Assembly (NCBI GenBank): GCA_947631915.1
Contig: CANRNC010000010.1
Coordinates: forward strand, 83 to 64,082
DNA length: 64,000 nucleotides
Direction of reading: 5' to 3'
DNA from: an uncultured Clostridia bacterium
GTDB lineage: Bacteria > Bacillota > Clostridia > TANB77 > CAG-508
Shown: positions 11,354 through 22,419 of the stretch, one piece after another
Layout: each line of letters opens with the position of its first letter
How positions within the stretch are numbered: position 1 is the first letter of the stretch
Position numbers and translations under genes: made by a program
The notes under the pieces: generated by a model
The model's input: only the letters and a program-made list of their open reading frames with translations
Told to the model about the DNA's origin: nothing
Databases searched by the model: none

Positions 11354-12532
11354 ATGAAAGAAAAAGCGAAGATATTAGTATCGTTATTAGTAATATCAAT
11401 TTTGATTTTTTCAACAACTTTTAGAACATTTGCAGTAACGCAACAAGATTTAGATGAAATTCAGGATGAGATTGATAAAAAAGAGGAAGAGATAGACAAT
11501 GTACAAGCTAATTTAACAGAAGCATTAAAAAATATAGATGCGATAAAAGGAGATATTACGGAAGTTGAATATAATTTGAGTAGTCTTGAAAAAGAACTAA
11601 CAACTCTACAATCAGAAATCGATACTTTAGAGACAGAATTACAAAAGAAAGTAGAAGAGTATGATATAAGATATGAAAATGCCTGTATGAGAATAGAATC
11701 ACAATATTTGTATGGAAATGTTACTATTTTAGATCTTTTATTAAAGTCTACAAGTTTGACAGATTTCCTTTCTAATTATTATATGGTAGAAGAATTATTA
11801 AAGGATGATGAGACGTTTTTAGAAGAATTGGAAGTTGAGAAGCAAGAAATAGAAGGCGAAAAGAAAACTTTAGATGATAAAAAACAAAAATTGGAAAGTC
11901 AAAAGTTAGATTTTGATAAGCAGAAACTTACATTAGCAAATAAAAAGAATGAACAACAAAAATTATATTCAAATTTAACAGCAGAAGAAGCAAAATTGCA
12001 AAAAGAAATAGATGAATTAGCACAACAATATGATGCTAAACAGGAAGAATTTAGAAGAATAGCAGCTCAAGCAGGAAATAGCGGAGGCTCATATTCTGGA
12101 GGACAATTAGCATGCCCATGTAAATATACAAGAATTTCATCATATTTTGGATCTAGAGGGTCACCTTTAGCGGGAGGATCATCATACCATAAAGGAATAG
12201 ATATGGCAGCACCAAAAGGAACTGCAATAACTGCAGCAGAATCTGGAACGGTCATTGCTGTTTATACAGGATGTGTTCATAATTATGGAAAAGAAAGAAG
12301 CTGTGGATGTGGCGGAGGATTTGGAAACTACGTAATGGTTAACCATGGAGGAGGACTTGTTACAATGTATGGACATTGCACATCAATTAATGTAAGCAAC
12401 GGAAGTAAAGTTTCAAGAGGACAAACAATTGCAACTGTTGGTTCTACTGGAGCATCAACTGGTTATCATTTACATTTTGGAGTTTTAGTTAATGGTACAT
12501 ATGTAAATCCAGCACCATATATAGGTCTATAA
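11354..12532 (+). CDS. coiled-coil M23 (LytM) peptidase family protein (EnvC/PcsB-like partner of FtsEX)
   Basis: Signal peptide, long coiled coil, C-terminal M23 domain (HKGIDMAAPKGTAITAAESGTVIA ... GSTGASTGYHLHFGV). Confidence 0.85.
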   Translation: MKEKAKILVSLLVISILIFSTTFRTFAVTQQDLDEIQDEIDKKEEEIDNVQANLTEALKNIDAIKGDITEVEYNLSSLEKELTTLQSEIDTLETELQKKVEEYDIRYENACMRIESQYLYGNVTILDLLLKSTSLTDFLSNYYMVEELLKDDETFLEELEVEKQEIEGEKKTLDDKKQKLESQKLDFDKQKLTLANKKNEQQKLYSNLTAEEAKLQKEIDELAQQYDAKQEEFRRIAAQAGNSGGSYSGGQLACPCKYTRISSYFGSRGSPLAGGSSYHKGIDMAAPKGTAITAAESGTVIAVYTGCVHNYGKERSCGCGGGFGNYVMVNHGGGLVTMYGHCTSINVSNGSKVSRGQTIATVGSTGASTGYHLHFGVLVNGTYVNPAPYIGL

Positions 12533-12625
12533 TAATAAAAGTCGAATATAAATAATAAAGGCACCTTGCTATTTGATTAAAGAAATTACCAAAGAGAGAA
12601 AAGTTTAATCAGTTTTTCATACTCT

Positions 12626-13870
12626 ATGGCATTTCTTGATAAGCATGGTGCCAAAATCTACGTATGGAGAAAAGAAAGGAAAGTTATAATGCAAATGAAT
12701 AGAGAAAAATTTTCTAGATTTTATAAAACTATAATGATAGTAGTTATCACTGCGATAGTTACATTTTCTGTCACAAGTATCTTATTATATAAAAATGGAG
12801 GAGTAAAATATATTGCAGTAACCAAAGGAGATACTACTGGGTTAGGTGCGACTTTAACATCTTTTAAAGAATTATTAGATAAAAAGTATTTATATGAAAT
12901 AAATGAAGATGAAATGATGGAATCAGCAATTAAAGGCTATGTTAATGCATTGGGAGATGAATATACTGAATACTTTACTCCTGCTGAAATGCAATCTTTT
13001 ACAGCATATACAACTGGAAATTATGTTGGTATTGGAGTATATATCGAAGCTGATACTACTGATAATGTAATACGAGTTATATCAACAATAAAAAACGGTT
13101 CGGCAGAAAAAGCAGGATTACAACCGAAAGATATAATATCAAAAGTAAACGGAGTATCATATGATGCTACGGAATTGTCAAAAATAGCAAATGATATAAA
13201 AGGAGAAGAAGGTACAACAGTTGAACTAGAAATAATAAGAGATGGAAGAACAATTAACTACAGTTTAGTAAGAGTAAATATAGAATTGTATCCAATAGAA
13301 GCAAAAGTACTAGAAGACGATATAGGTTACATAGAGTTAGCTACTTTTGATGAAGAATGTTCAAAGAGATTTAAGAATGCATATGAAGAACTAAAGGAAA
13401 AAAATATAAAATCACTAATTATAGATTTAAGAGATAATGGAGGCGGTATTGTTGATGAGGCTTTGCAGATAGCAGATTATATTTTAGATAAAGATTCTAC
13501 AATGATGATAACTGTAGATAAGAATAACAACGAAGAAGTAGAAAAATCAAGTAATGATCCAATTATCGATATACCTGTTATATTATTAGTAAACAATGAG
13601 ACTGCAAGTGCATCAGAAATTCTAGCAGGAGCTTTGCAAGATTATAAAAAAGCAACAATAGTAGGTGAAAAGACATATGGAAAAGGAGTTATACAAGAAT
13701 TATATACTTTAAATGATGGAAGTGGATTAAAAATAACAATAAAGGAATATTATACTCCAAATAAAAATGAAATTAATAAGGTAGGAATAACTCCAGATTA
13801 TGAAGTATCATACGATGAGAAAGCTGATAAAGATGAACAATTACAAAAAGCTATAGAACTACTTAAATAA
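12626..13870 (+). CDS. ctpA: S41 carboxyl-terminal processing protease (CtpA-like) with PDZ domain
   Basis: N-terminal TM; PDZ segment; S41 catalytic region (LIIDLRDNGGG ... TASASEILAGALQD ... GEKTYGKG); start may be the internal ATG ~12689. Confidence 0.85.
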   Translation: MAFLDKHGAKIYVWRKERKVIMQMNREKFSRFYKTIMIVVITAIVTFSVTSILLYKNGGVKYIAVTKGDTTGLGATLTSFKELLDKKYLYEINEDEMMESAIKGYVNALGDEYTEYFTPAEMQSFTAYTTGNYVGIGVYIEADTTDNVIRVISTIKNGSAEKAGLQPKDIISKVNGVSYDATELSKIANDIKGEEGTTVELEIIRDGRTINYSLVRVNIELYPIEAKVLEDDIGYIELATFDEECSKRFKNAYEELKEKNIKSLIIDLRDNGGGIVDEALQIADYILDKDSTMMITVDKNNNEEVEKSSNDPIIDIPVILLVNNETASASEILAGALQDYKKATIVGEKTYGKGVIQELYTLNDGSGLKITIKEYYTPNKNEINKVGITPDYEVSYDEKADKDEQLQKAIELLK

Positions 13871-14006
13871 TTAGTTTTATTGCTTTGATTATAAATTAAA
13901 GAAATTTCAATCAAAAGGGTTGAAATTTCTTTTCATTTATTATAAAATGCAATAGTTAGTATACAAATGAAATCTTGACATTTGGAAAGGAAGGTTATTT
14001 AGTAAG

Positions 14007-14666
14007 ATGATAACACTTGAAGATGTAAAGAAAAATCCAGAAGTACAGGCTTTGGTAAGTGGATCACAACAACAATTAAATGTGCTCGGATATACAGAAC
14101 ATTCTGTAAGACACACATCAATTGTTTCGGAAAGAGCAGGAAAAATCTTGAAGGATTTGGGCTATCCGCCAGAAAGGATAGAATTAGCAAGAATTGCAGG
14201 TTATTTACATGATATAGGAAATTGTGTTAATAGGCAAGATCATGCACATTCAGGAGCAATATTAGCTTATAACATTTTAAAAGAGATGGGAATGGATCCG
14301 CAATTAAGAACAGAAATTATGACAGCCATAGGAAATCATGATGAAGCAACTGGAACAGCAGTAAGCGATATTTCAGCAGCATTAATTTTAGCTGATAAAT
14401 CAGACGTTCACAGAAATAGAGTTGTAAAGACTAATATTGCAACATTCGATAAGCATGATAAAGTAAATTATGCAGTTACAGATGCACAATTAACTTTGGA
14501 CAAAGATAAAAGAAAAATTGTCTTATCAATAAAAATTGATACAGAAATATGTCCAGTATTAGATTATTTTGAAATATTTATAGATAGAATGATAATGAGC
14601 AAATTTGCAGCTAAATATTTAAAAATATGGTTTGAACTTATTATTAATGATACAAAACTATTATAA
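14007..14666 (+). CDS. HD-domain phosphohydrolase family protein
   Basis: HD motif (HSVRHT ... YLHDIGN ... HAHSGA ... NHDEATG); 219 aa; terminator 13898-13938 upstream. Confidence 0.65.
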   Translation: MITLEDVKKNPEVQALVSGSQQQLNVLGYTEHSVRHTSIVSERAGKILKDLGYPPERIELARIAGYLHDIGNCVNRQDHAHSGAILAYNILKEMGMDPQLRTEIMTAIGNHDEATGTAVSDISAALILADKSDVHRNRVVKTNIATFDKHDKVNYAVTDAQLTLDKDKRKIVLSIKIDTEICPVLDYFEIFIDRMIMSKFAAKYLKIWFELIINDTKLL

Positions 14667-14685
14667 ATTGAAAGGATTGATTACA

Positions 14686-16068
14686 TTGGAAAGAAAATTA
14701 AAAATTGCACTAATAATATTAATAATGGTATTAGTTATTGTAGTTAGTTTTGGAGGAATATATGTAAAAAAATTAGTATCATATAACAATATTTTACCAG
14801 ATTATAATTTAGGATCAGAATTAACTGGTTCAAGGTTAACTAGCTTAAAAGTTGGGGATCATGTTCACGAGATTATATATGATTCAGAAGGAAATGAAGT
14901 AGAAGAAATACCAGAAGGGGCAGATGAAAGTCAATACAGGAAGGAAGAAGTGCCAGAAAATAGTGAAGAATCTAAAACAAAAGAGAATTATATAAAATCA
15001 AAGGAAATTATGGTAAACAGATTGAAGAGCCTAGGTGTAGCAGATTACGAAGTTAGATTAAATGAAGATAATGGAAATATTTTTGTAGAATTAGATGATG
15101 GAGAAAATACAGATACGGTTTTATCAGATTTAATAGTAAGTGGAAAATTCGAAATAATAGACACAAATGATAAAACTGTACTAATGACAAATGATGATCT
15201 AGATAATGCTAAAGTATTATACAATTCAGCAACTAATGGAGTAAATGTATATTTAAGTATCCAATTTAATAAAGAGGGAAAGAAAAAATTAGAGCAAATT
15301 AGTAGGGATTATTTAGCAACATCTGAAACAGAACATGAGGAAAATGAACAAAGTGAGGAAAGTACTGAAAAAACAATTACTATGAGAATAAATGAAGAAG
15401 ATTTCTTATCAACTCATTTTGATGAAGTAATGCCAAATGGAGAATTAACAATTACAATAGGAAATGCAAGCACAGATAGTGGACAAATTGATCAATATAT
15501 ACAACAAGCACAATATTATGCAGCAATATTATCTAATGGAGAATTACCTTTAGAATATGAAGTTGAATCTAATGATTATATACAGTCTATTTATGCTAAT
15601 AATACATATTTGTATGTGCTATTAGGTATAACTGTATTTATGATAATAGTAAGTATAATATATATGATAATTAGATATAAAATGTTAGGAGTATTATCAT
15701 CAATAGTATATGTTGCCACAGTAGCATTGTTATTAGTAATTGTTAGATATGTAAATGCAAATATAACTCTAGATACCCTAATAATTAGCATTATACTTAT
15801 AGTAATAAATACTTATATTAACTGTAAAGTTTTAAAGAATATAGATAAAAATGATTCTAGAGAAGATGTTAAGGGAAAAATATTTGGTTCATATTTAAAA
15901 GTAATAGATTTATTAATAATAATTCTTATATCAGCAGTTGTATTTACATATAATGCATCTTCTGCAATTTCTTCAATGGGGGTAGTTTTATTCTGGGGAA
16001 TAATTATAATGGCATTAATGAATGTTTTATTTACGAGAACATTATTAATTGATAGTAGAAGAAAATAA
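14686..16068 (+). CDS. SecD-like membrane protein (divergent; start uncertain within 14632-14686)
   Basis: One N-terminal TM, large extracytoplasmic domain, C-terminal 5-6 TM bundle as in SecD. The conserved SecD TM Asp/Arg residues are not evident, so the call is topology-based only. Confidence 0.35.
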   Translation: MERKLKIALIILIMVLVIVVSFGGIYVKKLVSYNNILPDYNLGSELTGSRLTSLKVGDHVHEIIYDSEGNEVEEIPEGADESQYRKEEVPENSEESKTKENYIKSKEIMVNRLKSLGVADYEVRLNEDNGNIFVELDDGENTDTVLSDLIVSGKFEIIDTNDKTVLMTNDDLDNAKVLYNSATNGVNVYLSIQFNKEGKKKLEQISRDYLATSETEHEENEQSEESTEKTITMRINEEDFLSTHFDEVMPNGELTITIGNASTDSGQIDQYIQQAQYYAAILSNGELPLEYEVESNDYIQSIYANNTYLYVLLGITVFMIIVSIIYMIIRYKMLGVLSSIVYVATVALLLVIVRYVNANITLDTLIISIILIVINTYINCKVLKNIDKNDSREDVKGKIFGSYLKVIDLLIIILISAVVFTYNASSAISSMGVVLFWGIIIMALMNVLFTRTLLIDSRRK

Positions 16069-16114
16069 TTGTCTTGTTAAGAATGAAAATAGATTGAAGA
16101 AAGGATTGTTAGTT

Positions 16115-16747
16115 ATGAAAAATATTAATAATATTATGAAAATAATTATAATAGTTGTTGCAATAGTGATTATAGCAGGAATAGTAATGATTTGTGTTAA
16201 AGGATTCAACTATGATTTATTGCACTCAAAAACTCAAAGAATGAATATATATATGACTCAAGACTTTGACATAAATGACATTGAAGAAATTGCAAATGAA
16301 GTTTTAGGAAAAAATAATACAAAAGTCCAACTTGGTAATGCATTTGGAACAGTTGCTTCAATTGTATCAAAAGAAATAACAGAAGAACAAGAAGATAGTA
16401 TTATTGAAAAAGTAAATGAGAAATATCAAATAGAAATTAATAAAGAAAGTGATGTAGTGTTAACACAAATACCACAATCTAATGCTTGGGATTTAATAGT
16501 AAAATATATTTCTCCAATAATTATAACAACAATAATAGTATTGGCTTATTTTATAATAAGATTTAGAAGAAAAGGGATTATAAAGTGTTTATTAATTCCT
16601 GTATTAAGTATAATAATAGTAGGTGCATTATATATTAGTATAATAGCATTAACTAGAATACCTATTAATGAATTATTTGCAATATGTGGAGTTTTAATTT
16701 ATTTTTTAACAATAATTTGGAATACAATTATTTTAAATAAAGAATAA
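16115..16747 (+). CDS. SecF-like small membrane protein (divergent)
   Basis: TM, ~130-aa extracytoplasmic domain, then TM cluster; immediately downstream of the SecD-like gene; RBS aaaggattg at 16100. Confidence 0.3.
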   Translation: MKNINNIMKIIIIVVAIVIIAGIVMICVKGFNYDLLHSKTQRMNIYMTQDFDINDIEEIANEVLGKNNTKVQLGNAFGTVASIVSKEITEEQEDSIIEKVNEKYQIEINKESDVVLTQIPQSNAWDLIVKYISPIIITTIIVLAYFIIRFRRKGIIKCLLIPVLSIIIVGALYISIIALTRIPINELFAICGVLIYFLTIIWNTIILNKE

Positions 16748-16843
16748 ATTTAACTAATTATTAAAATTTTGCATTGCAAACCAGTAGGGGCACGTTGCAA
16801 CGTGCCTCTATAAATATTAGTAAGGTAGGAAGGGATGATTATA

Positions 16844-18226
16844 ATGTTAGATTCAATGGAAAAAATAGTTAATTTATGTAAAGCAAGAGGATATATTTAT
16901 CCAGGTTCAGAAATATATGGAGGATTAGCAAATACATGGGATTATGGACCATTAGGAGTTGAATTTAAAAATAATGTAAAAACGGCTTGGAGAAAGAAAT
17001 TTATTCAAGAAAACAAAATGAATGTGGGGCTAGATGCAGCAATACTTATGAATCCACAAACTTGGGTTGCTTCTGGACACGTTGGTGGTTTTTCTGATCC
17101 ATTAATAGATTGCAAAGAATGTAAATCTAGACATAGAGCAGATAAATTAATAGAAGAGTGGGCAACAAAGAATGGAAAGGATATAATAGCAGATGGCTGG
17201 TCAGATGAACAAACAGTTAAGTACATAAATGATAATAATATTGTTTGTCCTGTATGCGGTAAACTAAATTATACCACTATCAGAAAATTTAATTTAATGT
17301 TTAAAACTTTCCAAGGTGTTACAGAAGATGCAAAAGCAGAGATATATTTAAGACCAGAAACAGCACAAGGAATATTTGTTAATTTTAAGAATGTTTTAAG
17401 AACAACAAGAAAGAAAATACCAATGGGAATTGCACAAGTTGGTAAAGCCTTCAGAAATGAGATAACACCAGGAAATTTCACTTTTAGAACAAGAGAATTT
17501 GAACAAATGGAATTGGAATTCTTTTGCAAACCAGGCACAGATTTAGAATGGCATGCTTATTGGAAAGAGTTTTGTAAGAAGTGGTTAATATCTTTGGGAA
17601 TGAAAGAAGAAAATATTAGATTAAGAGATCATGCAAAAGAAGAACTATCTCACTATAGTAATGCAACAACAGACATAGAGTTTGCATTTCCATTTGGTTG
17701 GGGAGAACTATGGGGAATTGCGGATAGAACAGACTTTGATTTAAAGAAACATATGGAGTATTCTAAAGAAGATATGACATATTTAGATCCAGAAACTAAT
17801 GAAAAATATATACCATACTGCATCGAGCCATCTCTAGGAGCAGATAGAGTAGCTTTGGCATTTTTATGCAATGCATATGATGAAGAAGAAATTGCAGAAG
17901 GAGATACAAGAGTTGTTTTACATTTGCACCCTGCATTATCTCCATATAAGGTAGCAATACTTCCATTGTCAAAAAAATTATCAGATAAAGCTGAAGAAGT
18001 ATATGACTTGTTATCAAAGAATTTTTCTTGTGATTATGATGAGGCAGGAAGTATAGGAAAAAGATACAGAAGAGAAGATGAAATTGGAACTCCATATTGT
18101 GTAACAATAGATTTTGATACATTAGAAGATAATACAGTAACAATAAGAGATAGAGATACAATGGAACAAATAAGATTACCAATTAATGAATTAAGTAAAT
18201 GGATAGAAGAAAAAATAGCATTTTAA
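16844..18226 (+). CDS. glyQS: glycine--tRNA ligase (alpha2 type, GlyQS)
   Basis: [40 protein letters not shown]... class II aaRS motifs; ~460 aa. Confidence 0.95.
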   Translation: MLDSMEKIVNLCKARGYIYPGSEIYGGLANTWDYGPLGVEFKNNVKTAWRKKFIQENKMNVGLDAAILMNPQTWVASGHVGGFSDPLIDCKECKSRHRADKLIEEWATKNGKDIIADGWSDEQTVKYINDNNIVCPVCGKLNYTTIRKFNLMFKTFQGVTEDAKAEIYLRPETAQGIFVNFKNVLRTTRKKIPMGIAQVGKAFRNEITPGNFTFRTREFEQMELEFFCKPGTDLEWHAYWKEFCKKWLISLGMKEENIRLRDHAKEELSHYSNATTDIEFAFPFGWGELWGIADRTDFDLKKHMEYSKEDMTYLDPETNEKYIPYCIEPSLGADRVALAFLCNAYDEEEIAEGDTRVVLHLHPALSPYKVAILPLSKKLSDKAEEVYDLLSKNFSCDYDEAGSIGKRYRREDEIGTPYCVTIDFDTLEDNTVTIRDRDTMEQIRLPINELSKWIEEKIAF

Positions 18227-18272
18227 ATATTTATAAATTAATTACCCATTGGAAATAAAGGGAGGCTCTAAT

Positions 18273-20468
18273 ATGCAAGAAGATACAATAACATTAAATG
18301 ATTTAATAACAACTATAAAAAAGAATAGTAGAATCACTGATATAAAGATGGTAACAAAAGCATATAATTATGCTTTACAGAGTCATGGAGAGCAAAAAAG
18401 AAAATCAGGTGAGCCATATATAATACATCCATTAAATGTAGCTAATATACTTGCGGGATTAAGTATGGATACTGCTACAATTTGTGCTGCTCTATTACAT
18501 GATGTTATTGAAGATACAAAAGCCACTCATGAAGATTTAGTTCAAGAATTTGGCGAAGAAATAACAGAAATTGTAGAGGGAGTAACGAAATTATATAGAC
18601 TCCAATATACAGATAGAGAAGAACAACAAGTTGAAAATTACAGAAAAATGTTTTTAGCAATGGGAAAAGACATAAGAGTAATACTTATAAAATTAGCAGA
18701 TAGACTTCATAATATGAGAACACTAAAATATTTAACAAGAGATAGGCAATTAGCAATTTCTAAAGAAACAATGGATTTATATGCACCACTTGCAAATAGA
18801 ATAGGTATGTATTCTTTAAAATGGGAGCTAGAAGATTTAGCCTTTAAATATTTATATCCAGACGAATATAGAGAGATTTTAGAGGGATTAAATGAAAAAA
18901 GAGAAGAAAGACTCGCATTTGTTGAAAAAATAAAAGAGCAAATTACTATAGAATTAAAAAAGGCAAGAATAGTAGCTGATACTACTGGTAGAGCAAAACA
19001 TATTTATAGTATATATAGAAAAATGCAAAGAGATGAAATAACTTTGGATCAAGTTTATGATTTATTTGCTTTAAGAATAATTGTTAATTCTGTAAAAGAT
19101 TGCTATGCCGCTTTAGGAGTTGTACATGAATTATATAATCCTATGCCAGGAAGATTTAAAGATTATATTGCAGTTCCAAAAGCTAACATGTATCAATCAC
19201 TTCATACAACTGTAATAGGTCCAAATGCAACACCAGTAGAAGTTCAAATACGTACATGGGATATGCATAGAATAGCTGAATTTGGTATTGCAGCACATTG
19301 GGCATATAAAGAAGCTAATAAATTTAAAAAAACAACAGTAAAGGTAGAAGATGATAAATTATCATGGCTTAGAGAGACTTTGGAATGGCAAAAGGAAATG
19401 AATGACCCAAATGAATTTTTAAATACTCTAAAAAAAGAATTATTTGAAGATGAAGTATATGTATTCACTAGAAATGGTGATATTAAGGTATTACCGAAAA
19501 ATGCTACTCCAATAGATTTTGCTTATAGTGTCCATACAGAAATTGGTAATAAAATGACTGGATGTAAGATAAATTCAAAGATGATGCCTATAGTAACAAA
19601 ATTAAATAGTGGAGATATTGTTGATATAATAACTTCAGAGAATGCAAAAGGACCAAGTAGAGATTGGCTTAAGTTTGTTCAAAGCACAAAAGCAAAAAAT
19701 AGAATTCAGCAGTGGTTTAAAAAAGCGAATAGGGACGAGAATATTGAAAAAGGAAAAGAATTGCTTTCAAGAGAAATTAAAAGAGTAGGATTAACAGAGA
19801 CAGAACTTTATAAGCAAGAATATATTAATTCAGCACTTGAGAGATATAAATTCCCTAACATAACAGAATTGCAGGCTTCTGTTGGATTTGGTGCAATATC
19901 TGCAGGTAAGGTAGTTGGTAAACTTCTAGATGAATATTCTAAAGATCATAAGGAAGAAGAATTAGAAAAGAAAATTGAGGAATTATCAAATACAAATAAA
20001 AAGAATACTATTACTAAAGTATCAAATTCAGGTATCATTGTAAAAGGAATAGATAATTGTTTAGTAAAATTAGCAAAATGTTGTAATCCATTACCCGGAG
20101 ATAGTATAATTGGATACATAACTAGAGGAAGAGGAGTTTCTATCCATAGAAGTGATTGTGTAAATGCAAGTGAATTAATGGAACAAGTAGACAGAATTAT
20201 TGAAGTTTCATGGTATGAAAAAGCAAAAACTTCTTATAATGTAGATATTGATATATATTCAAATGATAGAGATGGATTATTGGCTGATATCATAAAAGAA
20301 TTTAGTAATGAGAAAATTAATATGATGGATGTTCGTTCAAAAGTTACTAAAGAGAAGATAGTTATAACAGAGGTTACTGCAGAAGTAGAAAACCTAGATA
20401 CCTTAAACAAATTATTAAAGTCTTTAAGAAAAATTGATAGTGTTTATGAGGTAAAGAGAAAGAATTAA
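18273..20468 (+). CDS. relA: bifunctional (p)ppGpp synthetase/hydrolase RelA/SpoT
   Basis: HD hydrolase domain (HPLNVANILAGL...LLHDVIED), synthetase domain, TGS and ACT domains; RBS aagggagg. Confidence 0.95.
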   Translation: MQEDTITLNDLITTIKKNSRITDIKMVTKAYNYALQSHGEQKRKSGEPYIIHPLNVANILAGLSMDTATICAALLHDVIEDTKATHEDLVQEFGEEITEIVEGVTKLYRLQYTDREEQQVENYRKMFLAMGKDIRVILIKLADRLHNMRTLKYLTRDRQLAISKETMDLYAPLANRIGMYSLKWELEDLAFKYLYPDEYREILEGLNEKREERLAFVEKIKEQITIELKKARIVADTTGRAKHIYSIYRKMQRDEITLDQVYDLFALRIIVNSVKDCYAALGVVHELYNPMPGRFKDYIAVPKANMYQSLHTTVIGPNATPVEVQIRTWDMHRIAEFGIAAHWAYKEANKFKKTTVKVEDDKLSWLRETLEWQKEMNDPNEFLNTLKKELFEDEVYVFTRNGDIKVLPKNATPIDFAYSVHTEIGNKMTGCKINSKMMPIVTKLNSGDIVDIITSENAKGPSRDWLKFVQSTKAKNRIQQWFKKANRDENIEKGKELLSREIKRVGLTETELYKQEYINSALERYKFPNITELQASVGFGAISAGKVVGKLLDEYSKDHKEEELEKKIEELSNTNKKNTITKVSNSGIIVKGIDNCLVKLAKCCNPLPGDSIIGYITRGRGVSIHRSDCVNASELMEQVDRIIEVSWYEKAKTSYNVDIDIYSNDRDGLLADIIKEFSNEKINMMDVRSKVTKEKIVITEVTAEVENLDTLNKLLKSLRKIDSVYEVKRKN

Positions 20469-20482
20469 TAGGAGGCTAGTAT

Positions 20483-21130
20483 ATGATACTAAAGACGTTA
20501 AAAATACATACATTTTTAGCTGATCCAACAAATTGTTATATAATACACGATGAGGAAACTAAAGAAACTATGGTAATTGACCCAGCAGGTGAAGTAGATA
20601 AGATAGTAGATATGTTAAATATATTAAATGCAAAGGTAAAATATATTTTACTAACTCATTGTCATGGTGATCATATTGGAGGAGTAAATGAATTAAGAGA
20701 AAGAGTAGGGGGAACCATATTAGTACATAGAAAATGTGAAGAACACTTAAATAATCAAGATATAATGTTAACAGAATACATAGGTATGGAACATGTTATT
20801 TTGAATGATGTTAGAAGAGTCGATGATAAAGACTTATTGCATTTAGGAAACATTGAAATGGAAATAATTCATACACCAGGACATACTAATGGTGGAATAT
20901 CATTATATTGCAGGGAACACAAAATGTTATTTTCTGGTGATACGCTATTTAGAGGTACTTGGGGAAGAACAGACTTACCAACAGGAAGTTTACAAGATAT
21001 TATGGATTCAATAGTAAATAAATTATTAGTATTACCAGATGATACATTAGTTTATCCAGGACATGGAGTATCTACAATAATAAAAGAAGAAAAACCAATA
21101 TATTTGAAATTAGAACCTAGAGGATACTAG
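20483..21130 (+). CDS. MBL-fold metallo-hydrolase (glyoxalase II-like)
   Basis: THCHGDHIGG motif, HTPGHTNGG, 215 aa. Confidence 0.8.
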   Translation: MILKTLKIHTFLADPTNCYIIHDEETKETMVIDPAGEVDKIVDMLNILNAKVKYILLTHCHGDHIGGVNELRERVGGTILVHRKCEEHLNNQDIMLTEYIGMEHVILNDVRRVDDKDLLHLGNIEMEIIHTPGHTNGGISLYCREHKMLFSGDTLFRGTWGRTDLPTGSLQDIMDSIVNKLLVLPDDTLVYPGHGVSTIIKEEKPIYLKLEPRGY

Positions 21131-21288
21131 TGCAAGATTTATATATATAATGACAATTATCATCCCTATGCACATTATCGGATGTTATATGGATAGATAT
21201 TATAAATGATAAAAAATAGCTAATATGTGTAATAAAATCTATAGAGATGAATATATATAATAATAGTTTTTAGGACAAGGAGAATCTG

Positions 21289-22419
21289 ATGAGGATTACT
21301 GTTATAAATCTTAAAAGAATTATTAAGTATATATTCGTTTTTTTTATTTTAATAATACTTCTTATTTTATTAATTGCATTATTAGTAAAAGAAAAACCAA
21401 AAGAAAAAAAAGAAAAAGGAACTGCGTTAATTGAATGTTTAAAATATGAATTACCTATGACAAAGGTAGTTGAAGAAAATTTTGAAAATCCAAAAGAAAC
21501 AAGATTAGGAATAAAAATATTATCTATGCAAATGGGAATATTTAATAATATAATTAAAGAAAATGAAGATGATATTATAGAAGAACCTATAATGGAAGAA
21601 CAGCCCAGTGAAGAGAATAATATAGAAGATACAGAAGAAACAGAAGATTTGGATAATAAAGAAACAAGAGTTATTAGTGACAATAATATAAATGAAAAAT
21701 ATACCAATAAATATCAGAATATAAAAATCAACAATCAAACAAGTTATGACATCTCATCATTGTTAGAAAATGCATCATATAGTTTTACAAATAGCCAGAA
21801 AATAGTTATATATCACACTCACACTTGTGAAAGCTATACTCCTACAGAGAATTATAATTATGAGATGACAGATTCATATAGAACAACAAATTTGAATTTT
21901 ACTGTTGTAAGAGTGGGAGATGAATTGACTTCGGAGTTACAAAAGCATGGATTTAATGTCATACATAATAAAAGTTATCATGACTATCCATCATATAATG
22001 GATCTTATGGGAGGTCATTGACTACTTTAACAAATATTTTAACACAAAATAAAGATGCTGAAATAACAATAGACTTACATAGAGATGCTGTTGGAAGTAG
22101 TAGTCAATATGCACCAAGTGTTCAAATAGGAGATGAAGTATGTGCACAAGTTATGTTTGTTGTGGGAACGGATGGATCAGGATTAGCGCATACCAATTGG
22201 AGAAAGAATTTGCAGTACGCAATAAAAGTGCAAAGCGTGGCAGATGAATTATATCCGGGGTTATTTAGACCAATAATTTTAAGAGATGCTAGATATAATC
22301 AACATCTAACTACAGCTTCTACTATAATAGAGGTAGGAGCAACTGGTAATACATTGGAACAATGCTTGGCAAGTATGAAATATGTTGCAAATGTTTTGTA
22401 TAAAGCTACACAGGAATAA
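21289..22419 (+). CDS. spoIIP: stage II sporulation protein P (SpoIIP)
   Basis: N-terminal TM then SpoIIP amidase-like domain (IVIYHTHTCESYTPTE ... DLHRDAVGS ... FVVGTDGSGLAHTNW). Confidence 0.85.
   Translation: MRITVINLKRIIKYIFVFFILIILLILLIALLVKEKPKEKKEKGTALIECLKYELPMTKVVEENFENPKETRLGIKILSMQMGIFNNIIKENEDDIIEEPIMEEQPSEENNIEDTEETEDLDNKETRVISDNNINEKYTNKYQNIKINNQTSYDISSLLENASYSFTNSQKIVIYHTHTCESYTPTENYNYEMTDSYRTTNLNFTVVRVGDELTSELQKHGFNVIHNKSYHDYPSYNGSYGRSLTTLTNILTQNKDAEITIDLHRDAVGSSSQYAPSVQIGDEVCAQVMFVVGTDGSGLAHTNWRKNLQYAIKVQSVADELYPGLFRPIILRDARYNQHLTTASTIIEVGATGNTLEQCLASMKYVANVLYKATQE

Noticed and set aside
16748-16843. T-box riboswitch upstream of glyQS
   Set aside because: The intergenic space is under 110 nt and contains no specifier, T-box sequence or antiterminator; recorded as absent.
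21270-21738. Antisense ORFs (145 aa and 72 aa) overlapping spoIIP, and the many other 60-180 aa minus-strand ORFs inside lepA, pnp, clpB, dnaK, relA and others
   Set aside because: They are low-complexity translations of the AT-rich antisense strand of well-supported genes, with no RBS or domain signal.
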